DNA of 64,000 bases from Octopus vulgaris (lineage: Eukaryota), in assembly GCA_951406725.2 (NCBI GenBank), contig OX597816.1, positions 169,570,001-169,634,000 on the forward strand. The letters are read 5' to 3'. Under the pieces are notes generated by a model. The model ran no database searches. It had not been told where the DNA came from and worked only from the letters and a program-made list of their open reading frames with translations. Position numbers and translations under genes: made by a program. Every line of letters begins with the position of its first letter. Within the stretch, counting starts at the first letter, position 1. This document shows positions 52,419-64,000 of the stretch, piece after piece.

Positions 52419-52573
52419 TGCAGACGTGACTGTGTGATAAGAAGCTTGCTTCTCAACCACTTGGTTCCGGGTTCAGTCCCACTTCGTGGCATTTTGGGCA
52501 AGTGTCTTGTGCTATAGCCTCGGGCCGACCAAAGCCATTTGAGTGGATTTGGTAGGCGAAATCTGAAAGAAGG
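52419..52573 (+). mobile_element. SINE family B 5' half (also 63520-63640)
   Basis: Head and core only. Confidence 0.8.
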
Positions 52574-52726
52574 TTTAAATAAAGAAAATTTGTTCATAGA
52601 AAAATACAGAATACGTCTAAATATGAACGCTTAACCAACTTTGATCTCAGCATATATTTTAATTCATACCCATCGTTGTACATATTTCATCTCACTACTT
52701 TAGCATTTGAGTTTTTGTGTATATAT

Positions 52727-52956
52727 ATTTCTTTACTACCCACAAGGGGCTAAACACAGAGGAGACAAACAAGGACAGACAAAGAGATTGAGTCGATTAC
52801 ATCGACCCCAGTGCGTAACTGGTACTTAATCTATCGACCCCGAAAGGATAAAAGGCACAGTCAACCTCGGCGGAATTTGAACTCGGACCGTAACGACAGA
52901 CGAAATACGGCTACGCATTTCGCCCGGCGTGCTAATGGTTCTGCCAGCTCGCCGCC
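52727..52956 (-). mobile_element. SINE family A monomer
   Basis: Full head and tail; flanking tgtatatatattt repeat. Confidence 0.9.
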
Positions 52957-53179
52957 TGTTTTTCTGTATATATATTTATTTACCCCCTCTTTGAAAGATG
53001 ATCAATCACCTCCCCTGCCCCCAATAATAACAATGCCAACTACCACTCCTTAGATTTTTCTGCTTGTTGAACCATTCATTCATAAACTTCGAGAAACAAT
53101 ATAAAATATATTAAAACATTAAAACTATGTACAGTGTATGCATTTTGCTTCTTTTGTTGTATATATATATATTTTTCTC

Positions 53180-54226
53180 AGAAACGTCCTGATCAAGGAG
53201 ATGTTATTTGCTGATGATGCCGCTCTGGTAACACACACAGAAGAAGCCCTCCAAAGGCTCATTAACTGTTTTGAGCAAGCATGTAACGACTTTGGCTTAG
53301 CTATCAGCCTTAAGAAGACCAACATCATGGGCCAGGCTACATCGGACATCCCAAACATACATATTGGAGACATACATATTGGATTACAGGAGGTGGAGAA
53401 GTTTACCTATCTTGGCTCTACCGTCACTTACAACCTATCCCTTGACGCTGAGCTCAATATACGCATTGGCAAGGCAGCTGCTGCGATGGCCCAACTCTCC
53501 AAACGGGCTTGGGACAACAATAAGCTGACCAAGACCACGAAAATGAAGATCTACCAGGCATGTGTACTCAGCACTCTACTGTATGGAAGTGAGACCTGGA
53601 CGCTATACACACGCCAAGAGCGTCGCCTGAACATCTTTCACCTGCGCTGCCTCCGAAAAATCCTCCGCATCAAATGGCAAAATCATATCCCCAACAAAGA
53701 TGTCCTCAGGCAAGCAGGAATACCAAGCATGTTTGCACTCCTCACACAAAGACGTATGAGATGGCTTGGGCATGTTAGCCGTATGAAAGATGGCAGAATC
53801 CCCTAGGACATACTCTACGGAGAGCTTGCTAGGGGTACTAGGTCTGTGGGTAGACCGATCTTACGTTACAAGGATGTTTGCAAAAGGGACATGAAGGCCT
53901 GCAACATCAATATTAGCGGTTGGGAGGCAGTTGCCGGCAACCGTGGAGAATGGCGACGTACCGTAAAAGAGGGAATACAAAGGAGTGACAGAGAGAGAGA
54001 GGAGAAATGGAAAGAAAGGAAGAGACGTAAACAAGAGACTATGGCACTACAACCAGCCAGGAACAGTCTTCGCTAAATTTGCGGTACCTGCCAGAGGGAG
54101 TGTTTGTCCAGGATAGGACTACACAGCCACAGCAGGAAATGTATCAGGACATGAAATATAAAAGCCGGACTAGACTACTTCATGCGCAACTCCATTGTCT
54201 CCCGAGACAGAAAGGATGCCAATACA
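53180..54226 (+). mobile_element. 5'-truncated, weakly decayed RTE LINE with 13-bp TSD
   Basis: LFADDAAL, FTYLGS, LLYGSETW, RWLGHV, CGTCQRECLSRIGLHSH; stop at 53804-53806; TSD atatatttttctc at 53167-53179 and 54227-54239. Confidence 0.95.
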
Positions 54227-54231
54227 ATATA

Positions 54232-54388
54232 TTTTTCTCTCCTTGTTTTTTTCTGTGTATCTTTCTGTCGAAGAGCGTAGGCTCGAAACGTAAAAGATTT
54301 TTTCTATTCCTGAACTCTATACTAATACATTTGTTTGTTTGTACTCCACCTGCCTTCGTCTTTTGTTTATTTTCGTAAACTTTCCCTT
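54232..54388 (+). mobile_element. PLE family H copy 4; HHR at 54261-54296
   Basis: cttt-CTGTCGA-aGAGC gtag GCTC-GAAACGTA-aaag. Confidence 0.8.
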
Positions 54389-54934
54389 TATATATATATA
54401 TATATCTATCCCTCTCTCTCTCTATATATGTATGTATTTATACACCCAGACACACACACATGTATGTATTTATGTAAAGCTCTATCTATGAAGCACTCTT
54501 CATTTTATTTAGTTGTCATCTCCATCTCACCCCCCTTCTCTACAGCTGAGTGGATTGGATCAACGTGAAATAATGTGCCTTGCCCAAGAACACATCACAC
54601 AGCTCGCTCCGGGAATCAAACTCATGATTGTAAGCTCCATACTCTGACAACTGAGCCGAGCACCTTCACTACACACATACGCACACGGATACGCAGACTC
54701 ACACACACATCATCATTGTTCGACCGTGGTCGAGACAATGGAATTTACCATGCTACGCCAGACTTCATGGTCCATCATAGCATTACGGAGGTCCTGTTGC
54801 TTGATGCCTGTATCCCTGGAGATTACATCAGGGTAGGAGAGTGTGTGCCCTCTGGTATGGCTTCCAGAGGAGAAGAGTAGAAAATACCTCTTTTTCAGCT
54901 CTACAACAATGTCCAGCAAACTGGACTCTCTTAC

Positions 54935-54979
<45 letters not shown>

Positions 54980-55540
54980 ATATATGTATTTATATGCAGT
55001 ATATGTACACACACATACGCCCCATCATCATAATTTAATGACCGCCTTAATGCTGGCATTAGTCAGCTAGAATTTTCTTGTCACCAACACTGACCTGTTT
55101 GGTGCCAGGAAGGACATTCGACCGTAGTAAAACCCTACTTTTCTAGCAAAATGGCATATTCCCATACCAAACATGTTTTCTTACAGAAGACTGGAAACAA
55201 TGTTTGCCGCTTGTCTGACGCTGATGTTCGTTTACAAACATCGCGTAAAAACTGAAAGGGGAGGTGCACACAAACACGTTGACACACATGCTTATATACA
55301 TACGCATACAAGCAAATGCGCGGGACACGCACATATACAACGGCTAACAAATTCCACTCATTACGATTTGGTCGATCAGGAGTTTCTGTAAAAGACGCTT
55401 GCAAAACACTGCGTGAAACCAAGACTGCGTGGTTGGGAAACAAGGTTGGCGGTCACACAGACCTGACTATGCACGCTCGCACGCACAGCGACATCCACAC
55501 ACACACACACACACACATACACATACACACACATACTCAC

Positions 55541-55614
55541 AATCCCTAGGCGGTTTACAACAGACGCGAAAGTAGGATTCCTGTAGGCGATGTTACAGCT
55601 TATTTTAATCATAT
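55541..55614 (-). other. Candidate mini-exon, paralog at 59041-59107
   Basis: ctaacag|ATATGATTAAAATAAGCTGTAACATCGCCTA..GGGATT|gtgagt versus gtgcag|ATGGAAATAAGTTGTAACATCACCTA..GCGC|gtacgt. Confidence 0.35.
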
Positions 55615-55896
55615 CTGTTAGATATACATTCAATACATTTATCCATACTTTTACAAATGATTACCATGCAGATTAAAGGAACGACAGAATAACTATACTA
55701 TATTAATTTAATTACAGATGTTGTTATGTACGTATATGTGTGCGTGTATATATATATATATATATATATATTTGTATGTTTATGTCTCTCTTTCTCTGAC
55801 ATATACATACATACATGTATACATATATATTTGTTTTATTTGTGCTTTCTTGTTTGAATTAACTTTATATATATATATATATATGCTTTGTCTTAT

Positions 55897-55951
<55 letters not shown>

Positions 55952-55952
55952 T

Positions 55953-56202
55953 AAGACAAAGCATTCTCATTTTATATTTTCAAATTTTTTATGCAAAGAG
56001 ATCAAAGAAAAGAACGTTGTATTTCATTACATTTAACAATTTAAGCTATTTTAGTATTTCAAAGAGAAGATAGAATTTCCGTTTCCAAATCAAAGAAATA
56101 TTTGCTAAATAATCACAAAATTCTCGGAATTTTGTCTTAAATACATCTGTTTTTCTGTATTACATGTACATCTTGAACTACATGATTGCCAAGTAGAATC
56201 AG
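55953..56202. promoter_or_regulatory. Duplicated non-coding block with three WWCAAAG (TCF/LEF-type) motifs; paralog 59849-60096
   Basis: Motifs at 56001, 56058, 56089 and 59899, 59956, 59988; shared 16-mer tgccaagtagaatcag. Confidence 0.4.
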
Positions 56203-56717
56203 ACATTCTGCACACTAATCATTTATTTGTATATATATATATATATATATACCTATGGACAAGTACAAATTACTTATAATTCACTTCCTCCTGATTCTTC
56301 GTTCACATAACACCCACTCACACACACGTACGCACACTCACGCACACACACACACACACACACACAACATACACACACTGGCATCTACGAATGTATGCAA
56401 GTAATATAGGTATGAATGTATGGGAAGGTGTGTATGTATAAACGCACACAGACACATATTTGTGTGTTATCGCATTAACTCATTTTTCGTCTATCTTGAT
56501 GTTCTGAGTTCGAATTCCGCCGAGGTCGACTTTGCCTTTCATCCTTTCGAGGTCGATAAATTAAGTACCCGTTGCGTTCTGGGGTCGATCTAATCGACTG
56601 CTACTCTTCCCCAAAATTTCGGGCCTTGTGCCTAGAGTAGAACAGAACACATTTACTCACATATATTAACACTTACATAATGAACACACATAACGCACAC
56701 ACGCACACATACACACA

Positions 56718-56787
<70 letters not shown>

Positions 56788-56790
<3 letters not shown>

Positions 56791-57436
56791 GGTGATTCCA
56801 AAGGTAATGCAAAAGGGGACATTACATTTTTATAAACTGACAAAAGTCGTTCAAATTGCAGATGTTGCTAACCCTTCTCTTATAGCAACGCTTTCTCACG
56901 TTTAACATTATTGCAAACTGATAACGTGTTCCAAGCAGAAGTAACGTGCTGTTGTGAGGTTCTTAACGAAGAAAGGATGCGGGTTACCTGGTTATTTACA
57001 TGAATGATGCCAGTAATAAGAACGCAGATGAATGGAGATGTTTAAAGGGAAAACTTGCAATGAAGGCAAACTTCGCATTGAGAGACCATCGACGACCACA
57101 GCTAACACGAATGGCCAGCGAATGGACGAAATGATTCGCGCGGACAGGCGAGTCACTATCTGTGAATTCATACAACTGGTCTATGATAACAGTACATAAC
57201 TTACGACTGTGGTTGACCTACAGTATCGGAAAAGGGTACTTCGTCGGTTTAGCACACCCGATTTGAAGGCAAGAAAGATGGCATTCTGCTTTGATCTGCT
57301 GAAAATATTTGAAACCAAGGACAAGACGTTTCTGATCTGGTGACCAGGGATGAAATGCAGGCACATTTTGTGATTCAGAAACGAGGACTAACTTAAAGGA
57401 ATTTCGTTAAGGCTCTCCTCCAAGTCAAAAGAAGTT
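56788..57436 (+). mobile_element. Decayed mariner 5' half
   Basis: TIR-like cggggtgattccaaaggtaatg; RAVVRFL, MIRADRRVTICE, LVTRDE. Confidence 0.75.
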
Positions 57437-57439
57437 CAA

Positions 57440-57707
57440 CAGACACGCCCTTTCTCTCTCTCTTCTCTCCCCATGCTGTGCGTGTAGCTCTCCTGTGTGA
57501 CCCCTCTGTCTGGCATTCGCCATGATAGATCGTTAGCCACTACACATTCTTTATTGTCTCTCCTTGTTTCTTTCTGTGTTCCTTTCTGTGGAAGAGCGTA
57601 GGCTCGAAACGTTAAAGACTTTTTCATTTCCCGAGCTTTAAACTAATAGATCTGTTTGTTGTCTACACCACTTGTCTTCGTCTTTTGTATTTTTTTTTGT
57701 GAAATCT

Positions 57708-57710
<3 letters not shown>
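57440..57710 (+). mobile_element. PLE family H copy 5; HHR at 57582-57617
   Basis: cttt-CTGTGGA-aGAGC gtag GCTC-GAAACGTT-aaag. Confidence 0.8.
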
Positions 57711-57751
<41 letters not shown>

Positions 57752-58026
57752 TTTTTATTTTATATTAAACTTTTTAATACTTTTTGATAGTTATATATAT
57801 TTAATAAAATAAATAAATAAATAAATAAAAAATAATAAAAATATATATATATATAAAAATTTATAAATATAAATTAATAATTTTAAATTTTTAACTTTAA
57901 ATTTAAATAATTTAAATTTTGAATTTATATTTTATATATTTTGTATATTATATTAATTAATTTTATTTCTATGTTTTGGTTTATGTTTTTCACTGTTTGA
58001 TTTGCCTAATTGTGGTTTTATCTCAA

Positions 58027-58057
<31 letters not shown>

Positions 58058-58673
58058 AATATATATATTTATATATATAATATAAATATATAATTTATAT
58101 ATATAATATAAATATATATATATATATTATATCTCAACGTCATCATCCATGTTTTAGCGGCTATTTCCCATGCTTGTATAGGTCGGACAAAAGTACGTTA
58201 AGCCAGAGTTTTTCTCGAACCGGATGCGCTTCCGCTCAAGAACCACGACCCGTTTCTAACTGCCGTCCGTTATAATACCTTTGTTTATCGAGCAATAAAC
58301 AAACCTGTGATGCGTATAAGGAAAATCGGAAACAAATGACAATGTATGAACGAGATGTTTGTGTTTATAAATATTGCACAACACGTCAAAACCGGACACG
58401 GATTCATACTGGACTACAATGTAAAATGTTACATATAGTGTGCATTCGCCATAGTGTTTATTATTATGTTCTCAAATATATGAAATTGTCTAGGGAAATC
58501 AATATGGCTACAAAGATTATAAATTTATGAAATTATTAGTAAGTTTGTGACACATAGACAAATGGTAGACAATCAAAATTGAATTACAAAATTGAGGTTT
58601 TATGTTGACAATGTGTTTATAACATATGATTTTAAGTATGTATGTGTGTGTTTGAGAGAATTAGTCTGTCCGT

Positions 58674-58707
<34 letters not shown>

Positions 58708-59170
58708 ATGTACACGTCATAGGAGATATAAACGTCGACCAGTAAACAATTTGTACGAAAAAAAAAAAGGATGCAGCTTGGTTTAGACTTATATGTCCTG
58801 ATATTTCTGGCTAACGAGACGTATGCTGAAACACCGGTGTCAATAATTCTGTACGCCAATGAGCCGTCGTAAGAGAAAGAGGTTATTCCCCTCTGATATA
58901 CACTACAACGACTGGTATGTCGTTCATCTGAATCTGTCTAGACGTATAAAGAATAAATATGAAAATATTCTCATATGATACACGACACACACACACACAC
59001 GCGCACACACACACGCACACACACACACACACAAACGTACGCGCAGACAAGCCTTGCGGCATACACGATCTTAAAACCTCATAGGTGATGTTACAACTTA
59101 TTTCCATCTGCACTTAACCATACGAATACAGATGTCTATTTTTCTGATTAACTGAATCAAAGAAAAAAAA

Positions 59171-59680
59171 CATCATCATCATCATTGTTTAACGTCCGCT
59201 TTCCATGCTAGCATGGGTTGGACGATTTTGACTGAGGGCTGGCGAACCAGATGGCTGCACCAAGCTCCAAACTTGATCTGGCAGAGTTTCTACAGCTGGA
59301 TGCCCTTCCTAACGCCAACCACTCCGAGAGTGTAGTGAGTGCTTTTTACGTGTCACCGGCATGGGAGCCAGTCAGGCGGTACTGGCAGCGATCTCGCTCG
59401 AATCTTTTTACACATGCCACCGGCACAGGTGCCAGTAAGGCGATGTTGGTAACGATCAGGCTCGAATGGTGCCCTTTTACGTGCCACCGGCACGGAAGCC
59501 AGTTAGCCGCTCTGGCAACGATCACGCTCTGATGGTGCTCTCAGTACCCTACTAGCACAGGCACAAGTGGCAGTAAGGCGACGCTGGTAACGATCACACT
59601 CAAATGGTGCATTTTATGTGCCACTGGCACGGAAGCCGGTTAGCCGCTCTGTCAACGATCACACTCGTATGGTGCTCCAC
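59171..59680 (-). mobile_element. SINE-like family D with internal minisatellite
   Basis: (GAT)n tail, gaagggcatccag motif, five 60-70-bp subunits at 59344-59677. Confidence 0.8.
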
Positions 59681-60224
59681 GATATATATATATATATTTA
59701 AGAAGCATAGGGTTCAATTTCCTGTAGCGGCTTGCTGGCCACTTTTTCCCGTCTTCTGAGGGTGTTTACCCGTTCTTCTAAGGGGTTTTCACAGATATTC
59801 TGCGTTAGAGATAAAATTTATTTTCTGTAGTATATATATATATATACCAAGACAGAACTTTTTTCATTTCATATTTTCAAAACTTCGTATACGAAGAGAT
59901 CAAAGAAAGGAAATATTTATTTCATTAAATTCAACAAGTCAGTTTATTTTAATATTTCAAAGAGACGGTAGAATTCGCATCCTCAAGATCAAAGATATAT
60001 TTACCATATGACCACGATATTTTGGAAAATATTTCATAGATATATATACTTATATTAATTTATGTTATATAAAAAATGAATGCCAAGTAGAATCAGTTAT
60101 ACTTTAATTTTGTATATCCATGAATAAATATAAATGATAATTATTTATACTTGCCTACATTCTGATTTTTCACACATACACACATACATATATACAGGTA
60201 TATGTATGTATGTATGTATGTATG

Positions 60225-62760
60225 TCATTATTCAGTTTTATTTCAAGATTTCTTGCAAGTAGAGAAAGAGCAGGTTTCTAACCTAGATCCAAGACTCCTT
60301 CATTGAACTTTATGGGATCTGTTTCTGCTTTAATGCGTTTTGGTGTAATGTTAAAGAGAGCGGGGTCAATTGAGATGAAATAATTGTGCCGCATGATTTA
60401 TGTTGTGGGCGGATAGCACGGGGACCAAGTCTTGGGTGTATCTTAAAGGTGATGCCAACATCATTTGGGCACTGCTGATGGAATATTTTCCACATCATGC
60501 AGATGATATAGCGCTCGCTTACGGCGGCGTTGGAGAAAATAAAACTTGACGACCCCAAAAGTTAAGGCCTGTCATGCCATCTATTTTTTTGTATTTGACC
60601 TTTAAGGTGCTTCAACTTTCATGATACTTTGTTTCGTGTGGGGAGACCACAGTGGACAAGAGTATTCAAGGTGAGGTCGGGCAAAAGAGAAGAAGAGAAG
60701 GATAGTGGTGTGGATATCTCTCGGCTGGCAAGTTCTGAAAATCCAGGAACACATCCTGCGGGCCATGTCGACTTTGCTGTTTATATTAGTGACCCAGCTT
60801 ATGTTGTTCACAATTACTCCCAAGTCTCTGATGTTGTTGGATACCTTGAGGGTTTCACCTGAAGGAATGGAGTATGGGAGTTTCAGGGTATCTTTTTTCC
60901 GAAGTGGATTAACTCAAATTTGTCCTCGTTCAGCAGCATATTCTTTTCTGCTCATTGGATGGCAGCCTGTAAATCTGACTGAAGGCATGTCCGGTCAACC
61001 ACTTCATTGATGACCTTCTGTATCTTGGAATCGTCTGCAAAGATTCTTATGTTGCTGTGTTTGATGATGTGAGGGGTGTCATTGATGTAGTTGATGAAAA
61101 AAAAGTGGGACCAATACAGTAACTTGTGGAGCACCAGTACTGACTTTGGCTGGGCTTGATTTTACTCGTTCGACAATGTTGGATTGCTTTCTTAAGAGAA
61201 TCTTATGATCAACCCTGTCAAAGGCCTTGCTCAAAACAAGGTAGATGACATCGATGTTGTCGTCCTTTCCCAAAGTTCTCAAAATGTCAAAGTGAGGCAG
61301 GAGCTGCGTTAGGCAGTTCCCTCCATTACAGAATCCATGTTGGTTGGGGTTCAGCAGTCTGTTGCTTTTAAGTGAGTGGGTTATTCCTGATCTCACCACC
61401 CTCTCAAATACCTTGATGGTATGAGAGTTCGGATGGTAGTTCACTGCAAGGGACTTGTTTCCTTTTTTGAAAACCGGGACAACAGACTGGGACAGAAAGT
61501 TTTAAGGAATATAGGCAGCATCCTGTCAGTTCCTCCACAGATTAGCAAATGGAGATGCAAGTTGGTGTCGACACACCTTCACGATACAAGCAGAGATCCC
61601 ATCAGGGCCTACTGCTGAAATGTGTTTAATTTCGTTTATTGCCGCTAAGACATCAGTGGTGCCAAACGTTATGTCCGATATAATATATTGGGGATTAACA
61701 TCACTGATACAGTCCAGATCGGCCAAACCAGGATTGCTGAAAACAGAGCAGTACTTTTTCTGCAGTATTTCACTCATGCTTTTGGAATTATCTTGGAGAG
61801 TGTCATTTTCATCAATTAGAGGGCCAACAGTGGAGACAGTGATCTTGTGATTTTTCGCAAAAGAGAAGAACACTTTGGGGTTGAGTTTGATTTTCTCAAC
61901 GGCCCATTTCCCCTCAGCTGTTCTTTGGTTATTGATGATGGTCTTCATGTATTGTTGGAGGCTATATCTTTTTGATTCGCGCAGGGCGATAACCATCGAA
62001 TATATGTGTGGCCGTTGGCAATATTTTAGTTTGTCAATTTTTATTTTCTTTTTTCTTTTTATTTTTCTGATAACAGTTTTTCTGATTTGGGGAATTCTGC
62101 ATTTAGTTTTCTTCACAGGTTTTGTGGAGTGTTTTGCACATAGGTTTGTCACGGTGTCTACAAAGATCTGCCAAGATATTTTGATGCTGGTGAAGGTGTG
62201 TGAAAGACCAGTCAACATATGATAGCTCGTTCATGATTGCGTCCCAGTCGGTACCATAGAGATCCATGTTATCAGATGGGGGTGGGTGAGAGCTGGAGAG
62301 ATGTCACTAGGGTTAGCTTTCGGATGGTGTAATCTCATGCTCTGAAAGAAGGAATGTTTCCACTATAATATTATGTAAAGTGTTAATGTAGTAGCAAAAC
62401 ACAAGGTCTAAAATGTTCTGATATCTTGGTGCAAGGGCAAGTTGGGACCAGAAAAACTCATTCATAAAGTTGTGAAGTGACTCTACTGCTTCTTTGTCAG
62501 TATTGAGGTGAGAGTACTTGGGTTCAAACTGATTGTGGACCATTCAACACAGGTTAGATTAAAATCTCCCATCATAATTATGTTATTAGAATGGCACTAT
62601 TGAATAAAGCATTTAATGCTGTTAAGGCATTCTTTAAAGCGCAGTTGGGGTATTTGAGGGGGCCTATACAGTCCAACTATTATCACGTCATTAGTTTTGA
62701 TGCACACGGTGACCGACTGACAGTAGCTGTTGGAGAATATCATATTCCCCTCTACCGAAA
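60225..62760 (-). mobile_element. Degenerate CR1-group LINE ORF2 (APE endonuclease plus RT)
   Basis: GLYRPP, IMMGDFNL, NILDLVF, IKLNPKVFFSF, VGPDGI, QHGF, SKAFDRVDH, FADDSK, RPHLEYSCPLWSP. Confidence 0.92.
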
Positions 62761-63003
62761 AGAAATAGTGCAGGAAAATGGCAGTTCCTCCCTTCCTTCT
62801 GTCGACTCAATCCGCGTGGGTGGTTGTGAAGTTCCTAAATTTCCCTTCGGTTTCCAAGTGGGAGTTGTCAAGGTGGGTTTCGGTAAAATTGAAGAAAGGG
62901 ATGTTGTGTGGATGGTTAGCAACCCGACCCTCAATGAATTGGATCTTCTATTTTTGTGCCTTGATGGAGGGACTGACACATTGTCTATACATATATATGT
63001 ATA

Positions 63004-63063
<60 letters not shown>

Positions 63064-63193
63064 TATACATACATACATACATACAGATTTCTATATATAA
63101 ATAAATATATATGTATATATATATATATGTATATATATATTTATATATAATATATATGCGTATATACATACGTATATATACATACATCTATAC

Positions 63194-63238
<45 letters not shown>

Positions 63239-63440
63239 TATGTGGGCACAGGACATCATGAAACGTGTACAACAAAGAAGTACGAGGCACGAGTAATGGA
63301 ACATGAACTATTATTTCAAATAACGAGACACAAATGGAAAACAAAACAAACATAAAGAACGACCCTTCATTAGTTGTTGGCGGCATTTTCTGGTCTCGTA
63401 TCTCGAGCATTTAACACACACACACAGACACGCACACACG

Positions 63441-63522
<82 letters not shown>

Positions 63523-63638
63523 TTCGGGCTCAGTCCCACTGCACTGCATCTTGGGCAGGTGTCTTCTACTATAGCCTCGGGCCGACCAAAGCCTTGTGAG
63601 TGGATTTAGTAGACGGAAACTGAAAGAAGCCCGTCGTA

Positions 63639-63684
<46 letters not shown>

Positions 63685-63687
<3 letters not shown>

Positions 63688-63858
63688 ACAAAAGACGAAG
63701 ATGGGTGTGTAAACAAGAAATAGATGTATTAGTTTAACGCTCGGGAAGTGAGAAAGTCTTTTATGTTTCGAGCCTACGCTCTTCGACAGAAACGAATGCA
63801 GAAATAAACAGGGAGAGAAAATAGAAAAAAGGTTTAGCGACTAGCGATCTATCATGAT
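63685..63858 (-). mobile_element. PLE family H copy 6; HHR at 63758-63793
   Basis: Minus strand ttt-CTGTCGA-aGAGC gtag GCTC-GAAACATA-aaag. Confidence 0.78.
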
Positions 63859-63865
63859 GGTATAT

Positions 63866-64000
63866 ATTTTATTGTTTTATTCTTCTATATGTTTCAGCCG
63901 TGAGGCTGCGACCATGCTGGGGCACCGCCGTTGTAGTCATCTTTTAATTGGCCAAGTATACGGGTTTGGCTTTTGGTGAATGAGGGAGTTCGATATCGCT
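63866..64000 (-). mobile_element. 3' end of a CR1-group LINE running off the window
   Basis: AISNSLIHQKP matches AVSNSLLHQQP at ~7112-7145; tail ggcggtgccccagcatgg..ctgaaaca. Confidence 0.75.

Noticed and set aside
53138-53806. 222-aa ORF as a functional reverse transcriptase gene
   Set aside because: 5'-truncated just before the FADD motif, start lies in flanking DNA, and it ends at a premature stop.
55882-55964. 15-bp inverted repeat flanking a (TA)n tract
   Set aside because: Typical of template switching or mis-assembly at self-complementary (TA)n; not treated as a MITE.

Overview
AT-rich, repeat-dense eukaryotic DNA saturated with (TA)n/(CA)n/(CATA)n microsatellites. The tRNA-derived SINEs and LINE remnants look like those of an octopus genome (inference, not a database result). 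I find no intact host protein-coding gene; almost all ORFs in the track are microsatellite or transposon read-outs. The window holds a truncated RPL23A processed pseudogene, about five SINE families (one as a hexamer and a dimer), CR1-group, RTE and R4-like LINE remnants, Tc1/mariner, hAT and Merlin-like DNA elements and a Helitron. The main signal is about 17 type-I hammerhead-ribozyme (HHR) folds, intact to decayed, in termini of Penelope-like elements (PLEs), several in fold-back pairs. Across families the catalytic 3-8 tertiary pair appears in three Watson-Crick states (C3-G8, U3-A8, G3-C8), and one six-copy family has a fixed A6U core with a loop-less stem III. An old local duplication (55.5-56.3 kb vs 59.0-60.2 kb) conserves three TCF/LEF-type motifs and a splice-bounded mini-exon. 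All coordinates and pairings were read by eye.
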